A stretch of DNA of 64,000 nt from Lingula anatina (lineage: Eukaryota; Animalia; Brachiopoda): NCBI GenBank assembly GCA_051362555.1, contig CM120642.1, positions 18,600,001 to 18,664,000 on the forward strand, given 5' to 3'. Positions within the stretch are counted from its first letter, which is position 1. The number at the start of each line of letters is the position of its first letter. This document shows, in pieces, positions 11,519 to 24,600 of the stretch. The translations under genes were made by a program, and so were the position numbers. The notes under the pieces are model-generated. The model searched no databases. It was not told the DNA's origin and worked only from the letters and a program-made list of their open reading frames with translations.

Positions 11519-11923
11519 AGGTATAGTGAGCGAACTATTGGGACAAAACATTTATTTTTAATTCTGTGAAAAATTTTTTTGCCTAATGTCAATTTCATAT
11601 CACCCCGAGGTTCATAGATAACATCTGAGGCATGCTGAGGCTATAAATGAGAGTCCAGTTATCTGATATACAGGGCAGCTTCAACCTATTAATTTACTGA
11701 AAAATCTTTTTCCAAATTTCGTAATTCTTTTTTTTTTTTTAATTTTTGCAGTCTTAACAAGAACTAATCACCACCAATTACCATAATAAAAATCTCATAG
11801 TATTTGTTTTTGAAAAAGCAATGTAAGTTTTGAACACAGCACATTTAAGTTATGTTACAAAATCCCTAATATCAATATCGAAATTTATTTTGTTTTGAGA
11901 CACAAAATTCACCCATTATACCT
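11519..11923. mobile_element. Kolobok-like MITE (TTAA target)
   Basis: TCAA|AGGTATAGTGAGCGAA ... TTCACCCATTATACCT|TTAA. Confidence 0.65.
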
Positions 11924-13328
11924 TTAACAGACTTGGCTAACAAGTGTCTGTTGGTTTCCTTTCCCATAATTAATACTAATTCAAAACAACTTGACTAGAA
12001 TCGATAAAAATGAAAATTGTTGGCACTGCTATCAGTTCTACTCAATACTGTTAATTGTGTGACAGACTAAAATTTAATTTAATTAAATGAGACTTAGGTT
12101 TCTATAATAATCGAATACAGTAAAATTAAAATGCAAAAAATTGTGACTGCTCATGAAATGACCTGCCCTTCCCCCTGACAAAAAAAAAAATATATTGTGA
12201 CATTGTGTGGTGGGCAGGGGCAATATTTTTGTATAATTTTCAGCATACAACTTAAGTGGAATCACATATATTATCTGCATTTATCATGCTGACACCAATC
12301 AATGCACTCAGTGACATTCATTTCCAACCAGTGTAATATTACAGGCTATTTTTGATTGCAGTAGTTGCTACAACACATTCTCAGCTTTTCTCAACTACAG
12401 CATTCGGGTCTTTGTTAAGGTCTCACTAGAGGGCAATGGCAGACACCCCCCCCCCCCCCCCCCAGTGTTTGCCTCTTAGGAAAATAAGTTGCTGGACCGA
12501 AAGCTCAGCCATCTTGGAAATTAGCTGGCTAGAATGCCTGCCGGGTGGGAAAACTTCTCTGCCCATTCTGAAAGTTGTCTGCCCCGGGCAGACGGTCCAG
12601 CCTTAATTTCTAACACTGCCCCCCCCCCCCCCCCATTAAAAAAAGGAGGTATTCTCCTACCCCCTTGAAAAAATAATGTAACAGGCTAAATGAGACAAGA
12701 AAATATTTTCCCTTTCTGTACCTTACACATTACAGTAAAATTTATCTACTCTACTGTAAGTAATTTTGTTTTTACCTCACTTCAGTTAGCAAAAAAAAAT
12801 TCCCCTCCCACTTCTTGCCCCCCTCAAGAAAATTCCTGGCTCTGATAGTGAAAACTTTTCGATTAACAAGCAAGCTGTCTCTTTCTTTCTCTCTCTCTCT
12901 CACACACATACAAACACACCCACATACACACACTCACAGTAAATACTACAGCATTCACATCCATCTCATGTATAACACATTTCCAATTTGGAATTCACCT
13001 TTTTAAAATGTAAAGAATTGGAGATAACTTATATTGTGTAGATTAGATAAAAATGCATAACTATTAAATATTTTCATAATAATTTGAGCACAATAAAATA
13101 TTCACAACCAGACAGTCATACAGTTTTACTGATTTTTAAATAACACTACATTGCAGCTAAAATTAAATTAAATTAAGTTAAATTAAATTAAGGACATTGA
13201 ATTAAAACACTATAAACTCAGAAAAATCCTGTTAAATTTTTCCAAGTCCATAAAAACTTCTTTCTATAAAAATCTACCAAATACGAACACCCTGATGCAG
13301 CGTCCATCCTGGCATGAGAAAGGACGCC

Positions 13329-16300
13329 TTACTTGGTGGCAGTCCCCATCAGCATTGGTTGAATAAGTTTAAATTTGATAGCAGAGTTGAAGTGTTCTTG
13401 GTCAACACTTGAGAAGCCTGCCTTCTCAATATGAAGTGCTGTGTCTTGAAATTCACACCCATCACCTGAAAAAATAATAATAATACCATAAAGTATGAGC
13501 TTTACCTACTTGTGATTATATTCAATCTACCTGTAATAAAGATCTACATAGATTTGCTATACATTTTCCTCACAAGTGACTAAATTACATATAAAATTGT
13601 AAGAAATGGTAATTAATATCCAACACAGACAGTCTTATTGGTTTATAACAGAAGGTATTTCATATATTTGTCTATCATGTAATTTTTAAAGAATAAATAA
13701 ATCAAAATAGAAATTTCTCATTCGGAAATATTTTAAATTATCAGCCATACATTCTATAAATCAAATAGAACTGCTGCATCAGTGACAATAAAAAACACAG
13801 AAGAAAAGAATACATTCATTTGATAAGATTCTTCAAACTTTTTCTCGTCTTGGTCTTGGAACAATTGGTCTACATTCATATGCTGCAAGAAAGAGAATGA
13901 GATTATTATATTTCAGTTTCCCATAAATTCAGTATGCCTCTCCATTTTGTTGGCCATATTTCCTTTGCCTTAGAGGCTCCTACAAAATGATGACAATAAT
14001 AATAATGAAAGTAGTAATATCAATAGTAATAATAATAATCATTATTATTATTTATTCTTATATGGCATATTTCATTGAAATCTCAATGCACCTTACAAAT
14101 CAAGAACTATAAATTAAAAACTTCTGATTAAAGTACAAAAGGAATTATAATTAACATCAATTAAAATTTATTTACCAATTATAATTAAAATCATGTATAA
14201 TTAAGATCAATTAAAGGATGGAAGTCTTAAAACAATAAAACTTTACAGTATCAGTACTAGTAAGTAAAAACTGGTTTAAAATGCAAGTCTTTAAAAGAGC
14301 CTTTGAATTTTCCAACTCATTTGCCGCAGTTCTTATATCACATTCAAAGTAAATTATATAACTTTGGTGCATATATTATAAATGCACATTTGTCATTAAA
14401 AAATACTTTAATTTTTTAAGGTGCGTTCTAAAAGGAAATGCACCATAGTACCACAGGCCAAAATTCTTACGGCAAAAACTGAGTACATGTATGTAGTATT
14501 TTGTCTGTCTATATGATTGTATACTGAGCTACAACTAAGCATTTGATATAGTTTTTTGCTGCCTTCCATCCTAGATATTGTGTTTATTGGGGTCACTTCA
14601 TGGTTGGCTTATTCAAAAGCCCCATGCAACAAAGAAGTGCTTGGTCTGCACCCTCTCGTGGAAGAGATTTTTGAATAGATCTCTTTTCTTTTCACCAAGC
14701 TCCAGGTAGATTGGAGTGCCAACAACCCAACCCTCGCAAGCTCCAAAAGCGCTGGTGATTCCTTTACATGTGGAATAGTTGTACCAGCTCAAGAGGGAGC
14801 CTCCTCGCTGCTGTGACCAAGACTTCTCCCTGATTTACGAAAATCAGAAACTTAGGACATTTTCAAATCAAGAAGTACAGTTTTCTCTGATGCTCCAGTT
14901 TGAGAGGCTGACAATGTAAATGCCTGGCTATAACATAAAAGAGTCACCTAAACGAAGCCCCCATATCCCAGTTAAAAGGGGATTCAGAACACAGGACTAA
15001 TAGATCCATGGATCAAATATGGCTGACCCACTTGAATCCTTGTGTTATCTCGGCAGAGAATCTATTCAGTGTCTAATCGGGAATTAAGCAGCAAGATTTT
15101 TAGTTTTATTTGATCTGCAGATTTGTTGCACCCCATTTCCATAGATTTTTAGATCGATCTATCCCTGTGGGGAGTCTCACTAGATAACTGTCAGCTTGGC
15201 CGGCTTAAGCGTCTGTCCCGCCTACTAAAAGCTGTAAGGGGGTAATTAACTATGGTGCCCGCTCAGCTGACTGCAATTTAGCGTGAACCCCCAGGGAGTT
15301 AGGTCGATCTAAAACTTAATCTTTAGATCGATCTAAATCTCTGGGAAAGCACCCTTGGTCAGCTGCTCTGAATACACTCTTAAAATGGATTCATTTTGAA
15401 TGAGGCCACTAGGACATGTGAAAAAGAGAAAGACCCCATTCCCATACCTAGACCTTTCGACCAGGATCAATCATCTCCCGAGGGATTTCTCCTAAATTGC
15501 TTTTTTTTTTTGCACTGATGTCTGGCATGCCTACTGAAGCTGCTAGGGTTAATTAACTATTGTTTAGCAGCTTCAGTGCATGTGCCAGACATCTAAACCA
15601 CTTAAGCTAAAAGCAGTTTAGTGAGAAACCCATTGGAGATGGATAGATCCTGTTAGATTGATATAGGTATGGGAGTGGGGTCTAAGACCACAGCCTGTGG
15701 TGTGATTACATATTAGGAGCATTCAAACTGGTGTGGTCCAAAGAAACTGTACTGCCCTATAAGAAAATTAAGTTCCTAAAACATGATAAAACTGGCTGTT
15801 TAATCAAAAGCAAGTACCTCGGGCACATCGTGTTAACCTTGTCTCACTCAATTGCAGTGTATGTATTTCATAAATCACTGCCACTCACCTTCTCAAATAT
15901 TATACATATCCTCTGCATCAAAAATGAAACAGTATCACCATCTTCTGGTCCCAATTTCATAAAAAAAACTTAAGTCAGTTTCCTGGCTTAGTTGACTAGG
16001 ATTTCCATGAGAGTGCTGTTACACTGTTCCTGATAGGGTAAGATGTGCCTATGTGACCATGTAACCTTGGTAAGTAAGTTCTTAGCCAGTGAACCTGACT
16101 TGAGTTTTTTTGTAAAACCAGGGCCAGATCTAACCTGACTGACAGTAACATCAAACCTTAACAAAAACAATGTCTGTTCAAGAGAGTACTGACCGACCCA
16201 TTTCCACACTGGCCTGATGAAATTTTGCATCTTGTACACCCATGGATGTGTCTTTTTATCAGCTAGCACATGCTCCAGGAAGTAAAATTTCCCTCCCTGG

Positions 16301-16674
16301 AAAGATAAATAGCAAAGGACACTGTTTACAATACAGTACTGCATTATATATTATACTAACCATTTCTAAGTTCTGGTTAGGCTTGACTGTCACTTGATAG
16401 GTTTATATAAACCTAAAAACCACAGGAAACAACTTAAGTAATTTTTTAACATATTAACTGATTTGGATCATGTTTTTAGCAATTTAGTTGATTAGAACAT
16501 ATAGTATTCCAAAGCCATTTTCTGGATATCATCTGATTATTTAATTTAGCATAACCTGAAAAGCTCTATTGTCAAGTAAAATAAAAATAAAATGGTTAAA
16601 ACAGGATAAAGGTGCAACTACAGACCAGTGGGACACATAAGGCATCTGCACTCCTTTTAACTTCGGTGGTTTCC

Positions 16675-16705
<31 letters not shown>

Positions 16706-17292
16706 CACGACATTCATGGCAATTATACTTGTAGGTATAAGAGCGAACTGATATATGTCGAATTTAAAGAAATACTTACTGGGCGTAAAACCCTTTTTAT
16801 CTCCTTCAACACTTCTTCTATATCTTCTACGCTACATAAGACGAATGTACACACTATTGCATCAGCACTGTTATCATGAAACCCGTGTAATTTCTCTGCC
16901 GTTCCTACCACAAAACCCTTCAAATTCACGTGAGGGAATTTGGAGTGGTTATCCTTTAAGTACTTCTCAAAATGTGGGTTTGGATCGATGCAGATAAGGT
17001 TTGATCCAGGGGGATAATATTCAAAATTCGTGCCCCCTCCGACTCCGATTTCTAAGATATCCAGCGGTCGACCGTCAACATGTAATTTCGCCAGTGATGA
17101 AAATAATCTCTCCTTTTTCCTGTATGCTTTTTTCGCCATGTGAAACCCCAGTCGGTTTAAGAGCCAAGCATAGGCAGCCTTATAAGGACTGTAAATATAA
17201 CTATTGATATAGTTTAAAATTATAATCACAAGTGCCCAGGGTAACACGTAATTCCAAATGAAGGCAGAAACTGTGGCGTCCACCTCCGCCAT
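13329..17292 (-). CDS. METTL7A: Thiol S-methyltransferase TMT1A/METTL7A-like, 250 aa, 3 coding exons
   Basis: Exons 17292-16780, 16296-16194, 13465-13329; GT-AG, phases 0 and 1; 753 nt. N-terminal hydrophobic anchor, SAM motif ILEIGVGGGTNF, IDPNPHF, CTFVLCSV, RVLRPGGKFYFLEHV, GDGC, and C-terminal GTATK as in METTL7. A versus B orthology cannot be resolved. Confidence 0.93.
14975..15379. mobile_element. Harbinger-like MITE (ATTCAGAAC family) interrupted by a nested MITE
   Basis: The left part matches 62461-62600 (CAAATATGGC.GAC.CACTTGAAT...GAATCTATTCAGTGTCTA). Its right end resumes at 15355-15379 (CTGCTCTGAATACACTC). TTA flanks both sides. Confidence 0.7.
15129..15354. mobile_element. Harbinger-like palindromic MITE (TTCCCA..GATCGATC family), nested
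   Basis: Reverse-complement homolog of 58482-58695; central GTAATTAAC; TTG TSD at 15126-15128 and 15355-15357. Confidence 0.85.
15432..15682. mobile_element. Harbinger-like palindromic MITE (same broad family)
   Basis: GACCCCATTCCCATACCTA ... TAGGTATGGGAGTGGGGTC; highly similar along its length to 25838-26093. Confidence 0.85.
16678..16706. repeat. (CT)n microsatellite
   Basis: Read directly. Confidence 0.9.
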
Positions 17293-17577
17293 GTTGAGTT
17301 AAACTAGGTCAAATGAGGCCAATCTATTAATAGATTCAAACGGCACCCACATCGAGACTCTGTTAGTTGAGAAGTAATTAGTTGAGATTATTTTCTAAAA
17401 CACAATCAAGGGGAGGTTTCACAAAAATGATAAAAAAAATAATAATAGTAAAAGAAAAGGAAAAGAATAGCTCCGAAAATTAATCCAAAACTGGATCAAA
17501 GATTTGGTCTACCTTGGTTAAAGATAAATCCATGTAGTTCTCCACTTAAATGAAATACCTTTATAGGCCTACATGTA

Positions 17578-17637
17578 TATTGGTATATTTCAGACCAATA
17601 TACATGTACATGTATATTGGTCTGAAATATACCAATA
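17578..17637. repeat. Perfect 60-bp palindrome without spacer
   Basis: TATTGGTATATTTCAGACCAATATACATGT|ACATGTATATTGGTCTGAAATATACCAATA; all 30 pairs checked. Confidence 0.95.
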
Positions 17638-18609
17638 CAATACTGATAGATAAATTAGACATTCCGTTTGTTTTGTGACATCATAATTTTGTATAAAACA
17701 AGCCTAACACTTAATTTAAGTATTTGTTGGTTACCACAGATTAATCTTAGGTCAAAATAAACTAAAATTTAGAGCAAAAGTTTAGAGCAAATTTTTGCCA
17801 ATTTTGGACTTAAGTTGTGTCCCAGTTCTGGATTAGGTCGAAAAAAAGGACCGAGGTTCTCAGGAATAACACTTTCCTTTTTGATATATAGCGTCTACAT
17901 GCAGGCCTACACTATATCTCGGAAATTCAAATAGAAATCACTGTACATGTATGTTGATTTTAACCTGATAAGTGTTGTATTGAAAATACTGTGTTGATAA
18001 ATACATACATGTACATAAATGAATAGGCCTACTAGCACATTTTTTAAAAATGATAGAAAGGAGCCTACAGCTGGATAATTGAAACATTTATATAGCCCTA
18101 CATGTACATTGTATATATGGTACATATACAGGATATATATCCAGATAATATGTGTTTGCGGTTGACCATCCAAATGCACAGCACACAGGGATACAACCTA
18201 CATCTAATTCCACGTAATGAACTTCATTAAGAACATATCAGAACCAGGACTGTGATTAATGACAGCTATGACGGTGCTGCTGAATATTGTGCAGGGTTAC
18301 ACAAACAGCGTGGTGGTCCCGGTGATATTTATTCTATCACTGTTTTAGAATATGGTGCGAGGAAAACAAACATGCTGCGATACCTGGAGGGACGAACGGG
18401 GGAAAAACAGTGAGGTTCAGTGTGTATTTATATGTCATTATGTATGAGCACAACAATAACATCATTTACATCTCTGAAATGATTATAGCAGTTCTTTTGC
18501 ATGGGACGGCCCGAATTCGGAGGATCCATGTACATATACTGTAGGCCTACATATGTGAATTGACTATCTGTATATTCATGATCACACACACTCGCACTCG
18601 TATGTATGT

Positions 18610-18630
18610 ATAAATAAATAAATAAATAAG

Positions 18631-18669
<39 letters not shown>
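18610..18669. repeat. (ATAA)n microsatellite
   Basis: Read directly. Confidence 0.9.
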
Positions 18670-20780
18670 GCAACATTTTCTCAGACGCGCTTATTTGGCT
18701 CCAATATAATGTTAAGTTGCGTAGATTAATAACAAAAAGTTTTAAAATATAACGGAGTAAGATTGGTAAAAATCCTAGATTAAACAAGGACAAGACCTAA
18801 TATGCTTTATCTGCAGAAAGTGAAAAGGAAAAATAATTTTATGTACTTTATTACATTTCAATAGAAAAATAAATACTTATGTGGTTCTCTTTTGGTTCTC
18901 TGTTGCGTTATACAACTCATATACTGACTCACGAACTATTGCATGCTGCTACATTTATAATCGTTTTATCATTTAAAGAAATATTGAAATACAACTCTAT
19001 CCAAATGAGATTTATATCTGGACTGCTGAGGACGGTTCTCATAATGTCATACAAGGCGAATGTTTTCCACAATTAGTTTATTCAATTTACATGCCCTCGC
19101 GCCATCACAATTTGCAGGGTAATGTAATTTATACACAGCGCGATATTTTCCCTGTCCTTAAGACAATTAAGCCAAATCTTAGCGTCAAAATGAAAATTCG
19201 ATTGTATTGGTTAGGTTATAGCAATAAGAATGTATAGCCTCTGCAGTAAAGCGCCAGTATTTCCCTGTGCTTATCTGCATCTATTCGTGTTCTACCGATT
19301 TGAACAGTCATGTATTCAGTGATTCATCTAAAATCCACGGACATTTGAACGGCATTGAAAGAGTGAAAGGCATTTATACGCTATTAGCATATAAGGATTA
19401 GGAAATCATTGTAGTACCTTATGTCGGTTCGGATAAAGACATTTGTAAATAAACAGCTCGCTGAACAAATAATAAGCGCACTCAGAAAGGTTGATCCTTG
19501 GCCCTTCGATTTCTGACAGCCCAGACGCCCGGAAAATTTTCTCTAAATGGTTCACAAGACAAGCGACATGGGAGCATACTCGCACAACAAGAAATGGTCA
19601 AGAAATGGTCAGCCGGCAACTGACCGATCTGGTTACAGAAAACAGACTGACAACACGATGTCCAGCCGAGACTTAACACACTCGTGCTGGTCGTAACTTA
19701 TCCATTTATCGCTCAGAGTACGCGCATGCCTAAAGGAAAGCTGTCCGTTTTCGACTAACATGCGCTGATCAGAAACAGGAGTAGGTTTACTACTACTTTC
19801 AGAGACCGGCCAATGATTTTTATAGATGAGAGTTAGTATTCGCGCAGACACTGGGTATTTTGGCTACATCTCCAGATTCGGACTGAGCGCTGGCACATTT
19901 GCTCTTATTTTACTACCGTCCTCGTGACGCACGTTGACACCCTAGGATCCTAATTAATACCGTCCAAATAAACGACGACTGACGCACCGCGCCGACCCTG
20001 GAAGGGCGCCGCAGATCGGATCAATAGGTTAAGTGCGGATTACCCATAAGAACGTTCAATACTGAAAAAAGCTGGTCTTATGCAATGTAGTTTGAAAGTT
20101 AAATCTGAACATTAACTGACAGTCTCAGACCGGAATCTTAAGAAAAATCAGCGCGTTCCTGCTACCTTCATTGCTTGAACAGTAAGAGAGCAATTTTTCT
20201 GTTGTCAAGAAACTATTTCCAGATACTTATGCATAGGAAAAGTCAATTTGATTGATTACCCGGAGCTATTAATACCCTTGACGCGTTTAAAAAAGAACCC
20301 ACTAAAAAGTAGACAACAGAGCAATCTTGAAGCTTCAAGCGAGGGAGTCACAACAGGGACACGAAGATACTCAGCAGCGTCATCGGATTTTTGTAATCGA
20401 TCTGCTATACATTTGAACCTAGCGATCTCAGAATAAATCCTTATTAACTCTGCTTTGGACAAGTAGATTAGATGACGCATGCTGCTTCAGGGGACCCAAG
20501 GACACTCGGCTATCTGATTCGTTAATAGTTACCCTCTAAGGCGCCTTTTGGTAATTTTTGAATAGCTCGCCAGGTACTGAGAAGATCTAAGAAGTCTTGG
20601 TGATCGATACGACTGAGAGGTCCGCGATACAAGTACGCACAGAAGTCACACGTCCGATAAACTGCCATAACAGAAAACAAGCTATGCTTGTTGTGGACAT
20701 GGAATTCCGGCACTGCATATCAGTTCTACTGCTGTGTTGTAAAGCCAAGATATATCTACAGTAAAAAGGAAAACCGCAAT

Positions 20781-21554
20781 ATGAACGCCTTATTTTCCCT
20801 ATGCATTCATACGGTTATGATATTTATAACAGTATCCTTCGCTGCTGAAAAATCGGACAAGAAGGAACACACGGAGACAACACAGAGTCCGGCGTTTCAT
20901 GGTTTTTCTAACAAGGATACAGCCTCGGAAAAAGATCCGCGGAATCCTGTCCCCGGTCTTGTTTCTGGGAGAGTTTACAGAAATACAGTTGTCAAAAACG
21001 CATCTGAAACAAATAATGACGATGTCAAAGGGGGTTCCTGGACCGTATATCCCGAGGATGATTCACCTTACGTCTCATACAACTCTTCTACCAAAGAACT
21101 CGGAAATTACCAACCATTGTGGCTTCAACCGGACCACGTACACCACGGGGTCAGTGACACTCCGGCCAAGTCCAAGAAAGGCCGCCCAGTGAAAGTTTTG
21201 TACATTGGGGGGTTCTTTGAGCTTTCAGGGGACCCTCGCATGGCAGCTATGGGACTGTCCGAAAAGGTCGCGGCCTTAATGGCGATAGACCACATCAATG
21301 AACAGGACATTTTGCCGGGATACGAGTTGAGGATGTTCTATGGCGACACAAAGGTGTGTTCTTATTTTGCTGTTGTCCTCTCCTTTCAGTCTCTTTCTCC
21401 TTTTCCTCATAGATGTATAATGACAGGCTAATCTTCCTCATGTAATTTTCTGATATTGCATTATTTTGTTACTTTTAGTCGTTTTGTAGTTCATTTGAAC
21501 TTTATTTTATCATACAGTGTATAAATCAGAAGAGAATGGAGCATCAAAAGAGAC

Positions 21555-21617
<63 letters not shown>

Positions 21618-24600
21618 AATACCCCCAAACATAAGCTGTATAATGCCTTCCAACATTGAAGACAGTAGTTGCTAGCACTCGAAGGGTACAACGTGCAACA
21701 GTGTGTACACTTAGAAACAGCTGTGTCTCAAAAGTCAGCTCAACAAACAATTCCGTATGAACACGACAAATAACGGTACTGCAGGTGAAAATAGCAGGGT
21801 GACCCTTCATTCCTAGACCACATATACATGTATCATCGTAACCCATTGAAAAAGACATGAGCCATTGCCGTTTCTCCGCCCACGATATCTTTTGATTAAA
21901 CAAACGTGGGATTGTAATAATTCTTTGTACATGTATGATTATTAACTCACTACAAAAGCTGTTTGTTGAAAATGTCGAAGATGAATATTTAAACATTTAT
22001 TTGGGCGTCCTGAATGACTTGTGGCCCCAAGATTCTGGAGTCTTTAGCAGTCTTGTTTAGAAGGCTCATTAATGTGTCAGTTGATTTTGCAACAGGTTGC
22101 CGAGCGTGAATTCACAGCTACATTGGGTAAAGGCAAACCTAATGCCTAGATCTTTAATGTTCGTCGACTGTAGACAAAAGAAGAGATATGTTAACAGGCA
22201 GGTGTGTAGCCAGCAAATTTCAAAAAGGGTTCTTTTTCTAAAACCTTTTTAACCTCTAACCACCCCCAACTTGATAAATGGCATACAAGGTAGAACCTAG
22301 ATAAAATTCGATTCAGAGAGATCTTTTTCAACCAAACGGGCGACCCCCTCCCTCCCCTACGCCCACCCCACCGTTCGCCTACGGGTCTGACAGGAGACAC
22401 AAAGGATCTTGTCTTTTTGTAGACAGCCAACATTTAAATGTAGCAGTCACAGGAAGATTTCTACATATTGATAATCATTTTAGCCCCCCCCCCCCCCAAA
22501 AAAAAAAAAAAAAAAAGAAGAAGAAGAAGAAGAAGCTAAGAATAAGATTTCAACAGCATGCAACGTAAAGGTGTAGTCCCTCTACCCGACTATATGTAAA
22601 AACTGAAAACGCATGCATTATGTAAGACGCATCGGTCAGTCCGTCCCGACTGCATGTACATATGCGTCCGTCTAAATGGACGGTCTGTCTATCTGAAATG
22701 GATTCAGGAAGGATGATTTCCTTAATGTGATGAATTGATATCAGCTGTAATACCGGTATTAACGCCCGTGCGGGGAGTTGCCCTCTAACACTTTCCCAAT
22801 CTTTAGTCAACCGCAAAGTTCAGGTATTTGTTTTTGGCTAACCTTGAAAGTAATCAATAAAATGTAAGATGCTTCCTTTTTAGCCAATTTATAAACTTGG
22901 AATGCCATCAATTGATCTACGCTTGGACTCGGTACTGTGTTTTAAGTCCATATTAAGATAAACCGGCAGTAATTCACTTACATCGAGTATATCGCACTTT
23001 TTTTTTCACAAAAGGTGAGGAATGACTTATGTTCTAAATCGACAGTGCTTTTATTCTTAAAACAGCCAGTGATTGATTAAGAATCAAATCACACTGCAGT
23101 GGTTGGTTTCAAAGTTAAGGCCAACAAAAGTCCGGCGCATTGACCTGTCGCCAGCTCAGCATGAGACCACGGCTTGAGACATTGTTTTTTTTTCTAACCT
23201 CACGTTTTATGAGACGGAAGCTCAAAGGTAGAGGGGCGAATTTTGTTGTTGCCAGGCCTTGCAAGGCGGTGGATCATTTTTTCTTGACAGTGAGCGTGTA
23301 CTGAATTGTATCCTCCATTCCTTTTATTTATATTATAACATCTGCTCATGTTTTATTCTGATGTTCTGTGCACTTTTATTTAAATTGCTTTTACACATCG
23401 GTAATTCGATTAACAGTTTACACAACCTAATATTATGAGACGATCAATAATTCATGTCCGAATGTCGTGTCGTCTTTATTACATAAAGTGAAATATTTAT
23501 GCGTTATCTTTGTCATTTGAGTATCTTATCAAAAAGCATTTGGTTTATGTAACCAATCCTCTTGAGATTTTTAATCTACATAAAAAAAGATGTGAAATTG
23601 GTTTTTATTTGAACAGAAAAAATGTGAAACTGGTGTTTATTTGAACATGCTCGAAATAAATATCTCGTATAAGAATAATGCTAAACAACTGATTTTTCTA
23701 AACCCAATAATGGAATAGGCCTACCATAAAGCGACAATGAAAGACTGAGTTCCCATCCCTAGATCGCGATCGATCTAACAGGATCGGTCCATCGCCACGG
23801 GGTCCCTCGCCAAATTGCTTACAGCTCAAGCAGCTTAGACGTCTGGGACGCCCACTAAAGCCCTATCGGCCTCAGCAGGCGTGACAGACATCTTAGCCCC
23901 CCAAGTTAATTGCAATTAAGCAAGAATCCCCTCGGAGATAGTTCGATCCAAAGTTAGTACGTTAGGGTCTGGGAATGGTCTCAAAGACAAGGTAGCAAAA
24001 GGAGATCGCTATGCACCAGTTAAGCTTCCAAATGAATCGGTTCCGCCGAGTACGCTCGACCAGTTGGACTTTTATCGCGTTATTTTCATTAAAAGCGGAG
24101 GCGTTACGGTGCTTGACCACCTCAAAACAGCCACTGTTATTCACGGTATGTAGCAGCTTTGTGGAAAGTAACAATTGTACCCCCGATTGTCACGGCCAGC
24201 GAACTATTAATAAGGAATGGAAGGAAATAATGACGTGCACTTTAAAGTCCTCAGCAGGAAAACTCTGTTCAGTGAATACTTAGAAAACCAGCCAGCATGG
24301 ATGATGCTGATATTATAAAGTTTCATGCTAAGGATAATCTTTTCTTTTTAATTAAGTCACCATAAGTAGAACTAAAATGTGTGTGTGTGTGTGTTGCAAA
24401 GAGGCAATAGCTAAAGAAAAAAAAATGTTTTTTCTCACTGGTGTGTTGTTGCGGTACAACGTCAGAATAACAGGCAGTCCCAACGCGTGATCTTTCTACA
24501 CCTGTTCGATTGATTTTGTTGTGAAATAACGAGTTTCCATTTGTACCCCCTACCAGGACGGCAAATATTATAGGCAAAATTTCAAAAAAAGCCATGGCAG

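Noticed and set aside
13833-13882. Alternative terminal exon of METTL7 (AYECRPIVPRPRREKV*)
   Set aside because: The acceptor is good and in phase, but there is no similarity to the family C-terminus and no clear poly(A) signal; it needs RNA evidence.
18261-18286. RE1/NRSE-like site upstream of the receptor
   Set aside because: Only GGTGCTG matches; the other half-site is absent.
20688-20780. Upstream TTG start in the ORF track
   Set aside because: The ATG at 20781 directly precedes the signal peptide and has A at -3.
21491-21996. ORFs with YIYI/ERER runs (similar cases at 5234, 18428, 30575, 63472)
   Set aside because: Translations of microsatellites.
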